DNA of 64,000 nucleotides from Octopus vulgaris (Eukaryota): NCBI GenBank assembly GCA_951406725.2, contig OX597831.1, positions 41,664,001 to 41,728,000 of the forward strand, read 5' to 3'. Shown piece by piece: positions 51,967 to 64,000 of this stretch (position 1 is its first letter; each line of letters starts with the position of its first letter). The notes under the pieces were generated by a model. It saw only the letters and a program-made list of their open reading frames with translations, ran no database searches and was not told where the DNA came from. The position numbers and the translations under genes were made by a program.

Positions 51967-53358
51967 TATATGTATATGTATATATATGTATGTATATGTA
52001 TATATATATATGTATATATATGTATGTATCTATATATATATGTATATATATGTATGTATATATATGTGTATATATACGTAGTGTATATATGTATATATAT
52101 GTATGCATATAATAATATAAATAACATATATATGCATATATGGGTACAGGACGTCACAAACCGGAAACAACATGAAATACGAAAACAAAAGAGTTGAATA
52201 CATAAACAACGAGAGAAACAAATGGAAAATAGGACAAGTAACATAAAGACCCTTCATCAGTTGTCGGCTGTGCATCTACTCCCCAAATCTAATAACATAT
52301 ATGTATATACACACACAAGCACACACATACGCATATACATACATACATACATACATACATACATACATACATACATACATACATACGCATATAAAATAAT
52401 TAAGATTCAGTTGAATAAGGTGCTTAAAATGAGGTATTAAGCCAGTTCGGTATTGTCTGCAAAGTTAGGTGAATAAAAAGCAATAAGTAACAAGGATGTG
52501 CAGGTATATATATATATATATATAGGCGCAGGAGTGGATGTGTGGTAAGTAGCTTGCTTACCAACCACATGGTTCCGGGTTCAGTCCCACTGCGTGGCAC
52601 CTTGGGCAAGGGTCTTCTGCTATAGCCTCGGGCCGACCAAAGCCTTGTGAGTGTCGTATATATGTATATATATATGTGTGTGTGTGTGTTTGTGTCTGAT
52701 AACCGATGCTGGTGTGTTTACATCCCCGTATCTTAGCGGTTCGGCAAAAAGAGACCGATAGAATAAGTACTAGGCTTACAAAGAATAAGTTCTGGGGTCG
52801 ATGTGCTCGACTAAAGGCGGCGCTCCAGCATGGCCACAGTCAAATGACTGAAACAAGTAAAAGAGAAAAAAATATATACATACATGCCTGTATATGTGTG
52901 TGTAGCTTTTTTTGTCACGCGCAAATTCTGTTTGGCTTTTATTACATTGGCTGACCTTTATCTCGTTTGTCAGTGTGTCGCAATAACTTATCTAAGTTAG
53001 CTGTCTAGACATTTTACGTAATCAGTTATTTGTCTTTTTCTATCTCTTCGACACCCACGAGTAAACGAATTTTATCACTAGTCCTCTCCACCTGTTTGTC
53101 TCTTGCTATCTCTTCGACACTCATAGGTAAAGGAAATTTATCACCCCCCTTTCTCCTCCACTTAACTCTCATTAACAAGGTATTGGTCGGCCCGGGGCTA
53201 TAGCAGAAGACACTCGCCCAAGATGCCACGCAGTGGGACTGAACCCGGAACCATGTGGCTGGTTAGCAAGCTACTTACCACACATATTTTGTATTTGATG
53301 TATTTAATAAATTTAATATATCTTATGCATTTAATTTGTTTATCCGCCTAATTGCCGT

Positions 53359-53392
<34 letters not shown>

Positions 53393-53459
53393 ATACACAC
53401 ACAGACACAGACACAGACACACACACACACACACACACACATACACACACACACACTCT

Positions 53460-53541
<82 letters not shown>

Positions 53542-53889
53542 CGACGAACTGTTTCCGTCGACTAAATTCACTCGCAAGGTCGAAACCATGTGCCCATGGT
53601 ACAGTGCAGTGGGACTGAATCCGAAACCACTTCATTACGAAGCAAGTTTGTTTTTTTTTACCACACAGCCATGCAATCATCTGCAAATGAAACAGTAACA
53701 GAAAACTGCTTTTTAGATAAATTTTAAGAATTTCAATTTAAAAGACAAATCTTGCGCTAAACGTTACGATACATAACAGCATTTGTTATTTGATAAACAA
53801 TGCAAGAAGTACAATATTTGGTAAACTTTAGTCTAAAGTTTTCTTTTGTTTTATATTCTTTTATCCTTTTCAGGATCACAATTGGTTGA
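49513..53889 (+). CDS. Secreted 4-Cys peptide precursor, paralog B (70 aa): [70 protein letters not shown]. Coding exons 49513-49600, 50812-50920, 53874-53889
   Basis: GT-AG sites at the same positions and phases as A and C, TGA at 53887-53889, AATAAA at 53949. 3'UTR blocks (tctaaattct, aaaatgaaataaa, caaaaaga, atttcattt) are shared with A. Confidence 0.88.
51065..51287. mobile_element. Mariner-derived short internally deleted element
   Basis: Degenerate TIR-like ends and ttttattcaacatattctcccct similar to 54680-54700. Confidence 0.55.
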
Positions 53890-54609
53890 AACTAACGAAA
53901 ACAACATCACTCTAAATTCTGTTATCCATAATGTCTACCGTAAAATGAAATAAATTGTATTACGAAGCAAAAAGATGTAAATTTCATTTATTTGTTTATT
54001 TGTATATTTACATATTTATTTGTGCTTTAAATGACAATAAATCATTTGTTACTTGATTTGTAGGTTTCTATCTATTTATTTGTTTTTTCATTTACTTTCT
54101 TGTGTATCAGTTAGTTGAGTGTATGGGATGTCCGGTGGATTGCTGATGGAGTCTCCGATAGTCACATGACGTCGGTTAAGCTTAATTTTCACTCTGAGTG
54201 GCAGAGACGAAGTTATTTTCAGGGATGATATTGATTACTCAACCTAACCTAATCAGCGATAGGTTATCGAAACCAATAAACAGATACTAATTGTTTTACT
54301 CAACTGTGGAAGAATGAAAGAATGAAATCGACTTCGGTCGCATTTGAACTTACAATGAAAATGGCCCTAAATAAATACAACCAGCATCTTCTGTATGAAC
54401 AAAACAGGCATTTTTGTTTTCCTTTAGCCCCAGAACAACCTTCGGGGAGCAGACTACTCATCAAAATCATAGCACTGTAACTACGTTTTTATGAGTCATC
54501 TGGGTCTACGCTGGTATACCATTCGGAATGGTTTCAATTCTATGTTGAAATGTCTTTCATCGGTTGAGCTTCCTTTTTCTGCCTGCAAGCTCTTGCATCT
54601 GTCCATACA

Positions 54610-55824
54610 TACGAGAGTTGGCGAAAATACCCATAGGCTGACCAAAATACTTTCATGGTGTATGACCAAATGAGGTTTATTTTTCAACATAGTCCCCCTT
54701 GTGGCTCACACAATTCCATTTGTATTGCAGTGCTTGGATCCCATTGTTGTTCAAAAAGTCATCAACACCAGATGCTACTACGATACTGGTTCCCAGCCAG
54801 GTGATTTTTCACGTTGGGAAACAGGTGATCGTCAGATGGGGGCCAAATAAGGAGAATAGGGTGACTGATCAACCAGTTTTAACCCAGTCACTCACAGTAG
54901 CCATTAGAAGTAAGGAATTGTGTACTGGAGCATTGTCCTGATGAAACAGTTTTCCTGGGCGTTTGGTCTTGATAGTATTTCGTAACTGCCTCAACAAGTT
55001 GGCATAGTACTCTACATTGATGATGTGGCATTTTTGAAGATAGTCAATAAACACAACACCTCTTACATCCCGAAAAACTGAGGCCATCATCTCTGCAAAT
55101 AAAATGACCATGACCATCTTTGGAGCAGGTGAGGAGAGGTGTTTTCACTGTATGGGTTGTCTCTGTTTCTGGCTCAAAGCGTTGAAACCAAGTCATCCTG
55201 GGACAGAAAACGTTCAAGGAGACCAGCTGGAACTGCCTCAAACAATGTCAGATTTTCCCGTGATGTAAATCAGCACGGTAGGATTCTAATCAGATATCAA
55301 ATGTGGCGCCCACTGAGCAGAAACTATCGTCATACCAACTTCATTTGTTTTTCACATAGGGTGTCTCAAGGATTTATGTATGGATATGCTATTTGATTTA
55401 TAGTTAGTCACCTATAATCCATTACCATGTGGTGAACCCGGTGAATATTTTCTTCGGTGATGGGAGTTGCAGGACGCCCAGGTCGAGGGTCATTTTCAAG
55501 ATTTTGTTCTCCTCCCAAATTCACAGGCCCACTTTTGCACGGTCGATATAGCTGGAGAGTAATGCCCTAGTGTAGCAACCATGTCAGCACAGATATCTTT
55601 GAGGGCTAAACCCGTTTTCTGCAAGCACCACGATGTCAAATTTTGTCCATTTTCAAGAAAAGTCGTCATTAGTTAGTTTTGAAGTCCTCTTTGAACAGCC
55701 AGATGTCAGTTTACCTGGAAAGAAACAATTAACAAGAGGAGTTAAAATTACTGCATATGAGATTTGACAGCTCTAGCATCACTCCTTCATAGTTAGCCTG
55801 TGAACCTTTCAGCCCACCCTCGTA
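54610..55824 (-). mobile_element. Mariner element (~1.2 kb), degraded
   Basis: TIR-like ends tacgagagttggcgaaaa / tttcagcccaccctcgta; MASVFRD..GVVFIDYL..YYANLLRQLR..FHQDNAPVH. Confidence 0.85.
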
Positions 55825-56439
55825 TATAATATTGGTTAAACATTTATACGTACATACTATAATACAGTATAACATCGAAATGAAAATCTGTTAACTTAGT
55901 AACTTGGTAATCAAAATAACTTCCCAGAATGTAAAATATGTAAACTGGTTGAATTACTTTAATTAAGCTCTTAGTAGAAAGTAGTGAATTTACAAACAGT
56001 ATGTTTCTAGACAGTCAAATCAAGTCCTTAGTCACGTAACTGAAACCAATCCAATCGATTCCTATTAATCTATTTACGACGATAATATATATAGATATAA
56101 GGTGTTTGCACACCTGTTGATACGTGTATGGTGTTGGTTAGACAAATAATTATATATTATAGTAATATCGTTTATTACACACATGTGAGTGAGAACACTT
56201 TGAGATATTTTTGGTTTCTAACATATGTCAGATACTGCGAGCGCTGCTTCTGATTGGTCAATCCATGGTGATGACCCGAGGTCACGGTGACAGCGCTGCT
56301 TCTGGTTGGTCAATTCATGGTGATGACCCGAGGTCACGGTGACGGCACTACTTTTGTCATTCATAAGTTACAACTAAACGTGAAGAATTTAGTTATTGGG
56401 TTAATAAAATATGGTCGTTTATTCGTGTGTAATAAATAA

Positions 56440-56530
56440 AATACCAAACTCATTCCCTATGGATACCGTATTTATTACAACGAGTGGCTTGTAATAAATA
56501 CGGTATCCATAGGGAACTCGTTTGGTATTC
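56440..56530. repeat. Hairpin with ~40-bp arms; a nearby 51-bp tandem duplication at ~56240-56342
   Basis: ttccctatggataccgtatttattacaa-cgagtggc-ttgtaataaatacggtatccatagggaa. Confidence 0.85.
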
Positions 56531-58059
56531 TCTCTATATCACTAATTTTATATTACACTTTAGAAATTTGTCTGTATAGAGAAAACATGCTAGTTATTAC
56601 GGCTTCTGTTGCTTACGACTGCAACTAGTAACAATTTATAGGGTTATAAAATATTTCATATAAAGCTTTCGCAACCCACAGGCAATTCTTTCTACACAGA
56701 ATTGTTTCTAGAGTGTCATAGGACATTGTCCTTAAATAACACACGAGGATGTATTTTCCCATGTTCCAACAATTAATAGTAAAAGACTGCGTGACAACTT
56801 GGGCGAGTGAGTTCTACTGTATATGGAATTGGATTGACAGAAACTGTGCGTAAATCCGTCATTGGTTAGTTCGTACGTATGTATGTACATATGCACGCAC
56901 GGATATTATCAGTATGTGTTCGTTTCATCCCATGTTTCTGTTTCACCGGTTATCAAAGCGGTGAAAAACAAACCCAAACTCAAAGAATGCTTAGTTTACG
57001 TCCCACAGTTCGGCAAAAGGAACCCGAATAAATACAACACATAAAAATATGCACTGTGTCGATTTGAATGACTAAACCCTCCAAAGTGGTCGCCCAGCAT
57101 GGCCGCAGAGCTATACCTGAAACTAATAAAAGAGATTCGTGAATTCATAGAATATTTGAAAGATAAGCAAGGACACATCGAGTCGCTAACACTCTTATCC
57201 AGGTACAACATCGATTTTCCAAAAACTCTGGTCACAAATTCTTTCCAGATTCCCGACTTTTCTAAACCTGGAGTGGTCCTCTTGCTCAACAGACTCAAAA
57301 TTAAGCAAATAGTAAATTTACTATGCTGTATTGCGCTAAGTGTCATTTTATGCAAGAAACCTGTAAGCTTTCATGGTGGCCACGGGGATTTGAATTTCTC
57401 TTCGCGCGCGAGTGCCTGAATTCTGGTTTGATTAGTAAAGCTTTCATAAGCAGAACATTTTTAATATTGACATTAAATGTTTGACTTGCTATCTTTATAA
57501 ACCACCAACATGAGTTTTATCTAATCAGTGGAGAACAAAGTAGCAGGATTTGAACTTGAGATCTCCAAGTTGCGAGGCGTGGTTGAAATGTTCATACGAT
57601 GACTATGATGGTGTGATGCTAGAGCTGTTAAATCTTGCATACACGAATTTCAACTCATCTTATTAATCCTTTCTACTACAGGCACAAGGCTTGAATTTTG
57701 TGGGGAGGGGACTAGTCGATTACATTGAACCCCCTCCCTTCAGTGATCAGCTGGTACTTAATTTATCAACACCGAAAAGATAAAAGGCAAAATTGCCCTC
57801 GGCGGAATTTGAACCCAGAACGTAACAACGGGCGAAATACCGCTAAGCATTTCGTCCCGCGTGCTAACGATTCTGCAAGCTCGACGCCTCAAATTCTTCT
57901 TATAAATAACTGCATTATTTCTTTCCGGGAAAACTGACACCAGACTTTCCAAAGCAGACTTCAAAAGTAATTAGTAGCGACCTCTTTTAAAAAACAGATA
58001 AAATTTGATATCGTGGTGTTATCAAGTACCAGCAGGTAAGGGGTTTAACCCCACTCCCG

Positions 58060-58985
58060 CCAACGATTTTTATGTTAATATGATTGCTACATTAGGCGAT
58101 AACGCTCGAAAGCGTAAAAAGGGGCAGCTGAATTTAGAAGGGAAAGGGAGAGCCTTGAAAATGACCCAAGCTCTGGAGTTATCGCACCCCCTGCCACTAC
58201 CACCACCACCACCACCACCAAGGAAAGCATTGATCATGTTCACCATATTGCAATGGATCACTGGCGATTGACTATAAATCAAATAGCCAATGCTATTAGC
58301 ATAACCTGTGGAACAATTGAGAATGAACTTTGTATGATGAAGGTTTCTGCTCCGTGGGTTCCACGGGAAAATCCGACATTGTTTGAGGCAGAAACAGCTG
58401 GTTTCCTTGAACGTTTCCGAAGTTAGGATGAGTGTTGGCTTCATCATTTTGAGCCAGATTCAAAATGACAATCTATTCAGTGGAATACCCATCATCACTT
58501 GCTCCAAAAATGCCAAGTCGTTTTATCTGCAGGGAAGATGATTGTCTCAGTTTTTCGGGATAAAAAAGGTATTGTGATTATTGACCATATGCTAAAGGGC
58601 CACACCATCAATGGAGAGTACTATGCCAACTTTCTGAGGCAGTTACGGAAAGCCATCAAGACCAAATGCCCAGGAGAACTGTTTAAACGGGACAATACTC
58701 CACCACACGAGTCCTTACTTGCAACTCTGAGTTCAAACTGCTTGATCAGCCTCTTTATTTTCCTTATTTCACCTGTGTCCCAACGTGAAAAAAAACTTGC
58801 CTGTGAATCAGTATCGTAGTAATGATGACGTTATATCTGTTGCTGATGACATTTTGGGAGCAACAGGATGAAAGATTTCTCATCAGGGGATTCAAGCACT
58901 GCAGTACAGATTGTGTGGACTGCAAGGAGGAGTATGTTGAAAAACACATCACATTTGCTCACATTCAATGAGAGTATTTTCGCCA
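58060..58985 (+). mobile_element. Mariner transposase fragment, degraded
   Basis: KVSAPWVP, SAGKMIVSVFRD..GHTINGEYYANFLRQLRKAIK..DNTPPH. Confidence 0.8.
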
Positions 58986-59200
58986 ACCAATGGACGTTTT
59001 CCCCAACTCTCGTAAGAAAAACAAACGCTATACAGTAAATAACGTATTAAAAATAGATCGAGTATCCCTTTCGATGTTCTAATTCTTTGCATTGCGACAG
59101 GAATGCCTGCAATGAAGCTGATGAATCGGCCTAAATCGGTGGATTTTTCATTGAATAACCGTCGATGACGTACTGAAGGATGATTCGAATGTAACATTAA

Positions 59201-61155
59201 TGAAAATCTCTTGACAAGGTCGGCATATAATCTTGCTGAGGTGCATGATAAACCGTTGAGGCCTTATATAAATCCTTGAGGCACCCTATGTGAAAACAGT
59301 AGATTAGTAAATCTATACCTTGACAGCAATTTTATTAAATGAAAATATCTTGACAAGGTCGGCATATAATCTTGCTGAGGTGCATGATAAACCGTTGAGG
59401 CCTTATATAAATCCTTGAGGCACCCTATGTGAAAACAGTAGATTAGTAAATCTATACCTTGACAGCAATTTTATTAAATGAAAATATCTTGACAAGGTTG
59501 GCATATAATCTTGCTGAGGTGCATGATCAACCGTTGAGGCCTTATATAAATCCTTGAGGCACCCTATGTGAAAAACAGTAGATTAATAAATCTATACCTT
59601 GACAACAATTTTATTAAATGAAAATCTCTTGATAAGGTTGGCATATAATCTTGCTGAGGTGCATGATCAACCGTTGAGGCCTTATATAAATCCTTGAGAC
59701 ACCCTATGTGAAAAACAGTAGATTAGTAAATCTATACCTTGACAACAATTTTATTAAATGAAAATCTCTTGACAAGGTTGGCATATAATCTTGCTGAGGT
59801 GCATGATCAACCGTTGAGGCCTTATATAAATCCTTGAGGCACCCTATGTGAAAAAACAGTAGATTAGTAAATCTATACCTTGACAACAATTTTATTAAAT
59901 GAAAATCTCTTGACAATGCTGGCATATAATTTTGCTGGGGTGCATGATCAACCGTTGAGGCCTTATATAAATCCTTGAGGCACCCTATGTGAAAACAGTA
60001 GATTAGTAAATCTATACCTTGACAACAATTTTATTAAATGAAAATCTCTTGACAAGGTTGGCATATAATCTTGCTGAGGTGCATGATCAACCGTTGAGGC
60101 CTTATATAAATTCTTGAGGCACACTATGTGAAAACAGTAGATTAGTAAATCTATACCTTGACAACAATTTTATTAAATGAAAATCTCTTGACAAGATTGG
60201 CATATAATCTTGCTGAGGTGCATGATCAACCGTTGAGGCCTTATATAAATCCTTGAGGCACCCTATGTGAAAACAGTAGATTAGTAAATCTATACCTTGA
60301 CAGCAATTTTATTAAATGAAAATATCTTGACATGGTTGGCATATAATCTTGCTGAGGTGCATGATCAACCGTTGAGGCCTTATATAAATCCTTGAGGCAC
60401 CCTATGTGAAAACAGTAGATTAGTAAATCTATACCTTGACAACAATTTTATTAAATGAAAATCTCTTGACAAGGTTGGCATATAATCTTGCTGAGGTGCA
60501 TGATCAACCGTTGAGGCCTTATATAAATTCTTGAGGCACCCTATGTGAAAACAGTAGATTAGTAAATCTATACCTTGACAACAATTTTATTAAATGAAAA
60601 TCTCTTGACAAGGTTGGCATATAATCTTGCTGAGGTGCATGATCAACCGTTGAGGCCTTATATAAATCCTTGAGGCACCCTATGTGAAAACAGTAGATTA
60701 GTAAATCTATACCTTGACAACAATTTTATTAAATGAAAATCTCTTGACAAGATTGGCATATAATCTTGCTGAGGTGCATGATCAACCGTTGATGCCTTAT
60801 ATAAATCCTTGAGGCACCCTATGTGAAAACAGTAGATTAGTAAATCTATACCTTGACAACAATCTTATTAAATGAAAATCTCTTGACAAGGTTGGCATAT
60901 AATCTTGCTGAGGTGCATGATCAACCGTTGAGGCCTTATATAAATCCTTGAGACACCCTATGTGAAAAACAGTAGATTAGTAAATCTATACCCTGACAAC
61001 AATCTTATTAAATGAAAATCTCTTGACAAGGTTGGCATATAATCTTGCTGAGGTGCATGATCAACCGTTGAGGCCTTATATAAATCCTTGAGACACCCTA
61101 TGTGAAAAACAAAGAAGATTAGTAAGTCAATACCTTGACAACAATTTTATTAAAT
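59201..61155. repeat. Tandem array of 14 copies of a 139-141 bp unit
   Basis: Unit starts (tgaaaat(c/a)tcttgaca) at 59201, 59340, 59479, 59619, 59759, 59900, 60039, 60178, 60317, 60456, 60595, 60734, 60873, 61013. Copies differ by only a few substitutions. Confidence 0.97.
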
Positions 61156-61481
61156 ACGATTACCGTTACCGATTTAAAATTTTTAAAAGATAACGTAGGA
61201 TGCAATCCACTTCCATTTATTCGTTACAGGGTGGATATAATCATACTAAACTAGAGCAACAGACTGACGGAGTGAGAGAATCATGCAATATGTCTTATGT
61301 TATCACTTCCGCTTCTTTGCATAGTGACTTGAATGTCTGTATCTGCGTGGCAAAATATGTATGGCTCACAGCGAAATTGTTGCTTTTGGAAGGGGTAGGT
61401 GCATATCTTCTGCAACACTTATCTTTAAATTGGTTATCTCAGCATTTTCTCTTTATGCTCTTTTCAACTGATTTCACTGGT

Positions 61482-61583
61482 TTCTCAATTAGATGAGAAC
61501 AATACAGATGTTAGTCAGACATAGATTACCATATAAAAGGACTTATTCCTCTTCTTAACACACTGCATCTCATAGACATTCCA
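61482..61583 (+). promoter_or_regulatory. Gene C promoter and non-coding exon 1: TTCTCA..TGAGAA (61494), CAGATG (61505), TTAGTCA, TATAAAA (61532), donor at 61584
   Basis: Homologous to the A and B promoters; donor cca|gtaagt. Confidence 0.8.
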
Positions 61584-61695
61584 GTAAGTCTTGTTTTTAG
61601 TGTCTTCGAATGAAATTTCTATTCTTTCTCTCGACCTGATAATTAGGACTTCATGTTCAAACATTCTAACGAGAACCTATCTATATCTATGTCTG

Positions 61696-61742
<47 letters not shown>

Positions 61743-61759
61743 GTCTGTCGGTCTGTCTT

Positions 61760-61809
<50 letters not shown>

Positions 61810-61829
61810 AGTCTATCTATATGTATTCA

Positions 61830-61896
<67 letters not shown>

Positions 61897-61975
61897 TACA
61901 CACATCTGTCTGACTGTCTGTCCACTCGCCTGTCCGTCCGTCTGTCTGTAGAGTATATTTTTCTATTTTTCAGAC

Positions 61976-62955
61976 ATGAAGGTCGTCCTTTTGTTCTTAG
62001 TGTTGCTTCCCATCGTCTTCGCTGCCAGCTTCTATGATGAAGACGACGACAAAAGGTTTTCACGTAAGTAAAAACGAAATCTCCTGGAAATATTTTGTCC
62101 ATAAGAATTAGAGATATGATATTATGATGTTGTTGTTGTCGTTATTGTTTAACACCGAATCAATATCAGTCGAGTTGATTTGCTCGTTTATCAAAGATAT
62201 CTACAAATCAATGGCCTTCACAAATTGGCTGCTACACCAGACAAAATGCTTAGCGGCATTTCTTCCGGCTTTACGGTCAGAGTTCATATTGCATTGCGGG
62301 GCACTTTGCTTGTCATTCTTTCGAGGACGATAAAATATGTAGCAGTTGTTCAATGACGTTGATTTATTCGAATTTTCTTTCTTTTCAAATAATCGCTTGC
62401 TTCGTAGCAAAACTAGACAAAAATTATTCTTCTTGTCACTAATATCTTATAAATCATCAAATTCAATTACATTTCATGTTACGTTGCTTATGACGTCGAG
62501 AAAGCCATGAATGTCATACAATTTCATAAACACTTCCACAATAATTAGCATCAGGATTTTCTCTGTATTACAATTAAACGTCTCAGTTACACACTTAATA
62601 AAACGTAAATGACAAGGTACGCTGTGGTATTTAGTTCCGTCTTTCTAAGTTCTGCAGGCTTTCAATATTTTAAATGCCGCAGTTTCGGTTCTGTTTTTCG
62701 TTTCTCGGATGTTATGTTACCTCAAAAATGTAAAGATTCATTATGATTATGCTAAAAATATGTGTGGACTCCTAGTGAATGTATTGCAATTCAAAATAGC
62801 AAACGTCATTATTTAATATTTGTTCTAATTTATTTTGCAGTCAGCGACCTAATTGAGCACATCAAAAAACTGGATCTGAGTAATGGATGTGTACAAGCTT
62901 GTGAAGATAACGTAAAAAAGTTCTGGACCTTCATGTGCGAATTAGCCTGCAAAAG
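61976..62955 (+). CDS. Secreted 4-Cys peptide precursor, paralog C (partial, last exon probably beyond window): [67 protein letters not shown]... Coding exons 61976-62063, 62841-62955
   Basis: Same 88-nt and 115-nt coding exons and phases as A. Intron-3 block at 63643-63710 matches 53283-53355 of gene B, which lies about 500 bp before B's last exon. Confidence 0.87.
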
Positions 62956-62990
62956 GTAAGTTATTTCATGACATACACACACACACATAT

Positions 62991-63037
<47 letters not shown>

Positions 63038-64000
63038 TATATATAAATTAGAGAAAAACCACTAGTATGCAATTCAAGCAATGATAAACATAAACCAAAT
63101 CATAAATAAAAAGTAAATATATTTTAAAACATATAACTTAGATCACAAAAAGAACAAAAATGAATAAACATTATATAATAAGTAAAAAGACAACGTACGT
63201 TTCATGGCTATAATTAAATTGGAATTGCAATTAAATTTAATTTTAGTCGAAAAACAGTTCAATTTAAAATTATAGTCACTCCTCAGGACAACAATAATAG
63301 CAATAATAATTAATAATACCTTCAATTATCATTATATACATATATATATATATACATATATATATATACAGAGAGATAAAGAGAGAACGGAGACACGGAG
63401 AGAATGAGAGAGAGAGAGAGAAAGGGAGCGAAAGATACAGAGAAAGGAACAATTAGGTTAATAAATAAGGTCGATAAATTAAGTACCAGTTGCGATCTAA
63501 TCGACTGGCACCCTCTACAAAAATTTCGGGCCTTTTGCCAAGAGTAGAAATAATATGAATACCTATGCATTCATACTTACAAATTTTCATCATCGGAAAA
63601 TCCCACTTTTTACTTTCCTCCGTTTTGCATGTATACACATACACATATTTTGTATTTCATACCGAAACTGTTATATTTAACATATCTAATTTGTTTATCC
63701 GCTAAATTGCCTCTATATCTTGCTCAATCTGATCCCTCTTATGGCCATTCTTTACCCCGTGAAATTAACCTCCTCTAAAGACATTGGAGTTTAAGTGTGA
63801 ATCATGTGACCACTACTAAGTGTCTTCAATACTGAGAATCTCTGGATACGTCTGTGCTCTCTATATACGTATATTCTTTTACTCTTTTACTTGTTTCAGT
63901 CATTTGACTGCAGCCATGCTGTGGCACAGCCTTTAGTCGAACAAATCGACCCCAGGACTTATTCTTTGTAAGCCTAGTAATTATTCTATCGGTGGCTTTG

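Noticed and set aside
57099-57419. 106-aa ORF
   Set aside because: Starts inside a SINE remnant; no recognisable motif or supporting splice structure.
59201-61155. Possible CRISPR array
   Set aside because: Units are contiguous near-identical 139-bp repeats with no unique spacers, there are no cas genes, and the context is eukaryotic.

Overview
Eukaryotic, repeat-dense genomic DNA, most likely an octopus (inferred from the tRNA-derived SINE families and the very long TA/CA/TATC/AAT microsatellites). It holds (1) a complete SLC16/monocarboxylate-transporter-family gene with 5 coding exons (+, CDS 5992-15406, 529 aa) and (2) a tandem cluster of three paralogous genes (A ~29.5-37.7 kb, B ~47.6-54.0 kb, C from ~61.5 kb, last exon not found in the window) that the ORF track does not assemble. 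Each encodes a small secreted precursor (75 aa for A, 70 aa for B): signal peptide, acidic pro-piece, basic cleavage site, then an amphipathic helix and a CxxxC-x(9/11)-CxxxC helix-hairpin motif. All three promoters share a CSL/RBPJ site, 5 nt, E-box, then TATA arrangement resembling the PTF1 exocrine-gland element. Upstream of gene C, a 139-bp segment that is single-copy upstream of gene B is amplified 14 times. The rest is transposon debris (Penelope-like, Tx1/L1, RTE, CR1-like, Tc1/mariner, MULE, hAT, Helitron, solo LTR, SINEs), several foldback hairpins, minimal hammerhead-like motifs and an 18S rRNA fragment fused to a SINE. Gene models were read by hand from splice sites and frames; no database searches were run.
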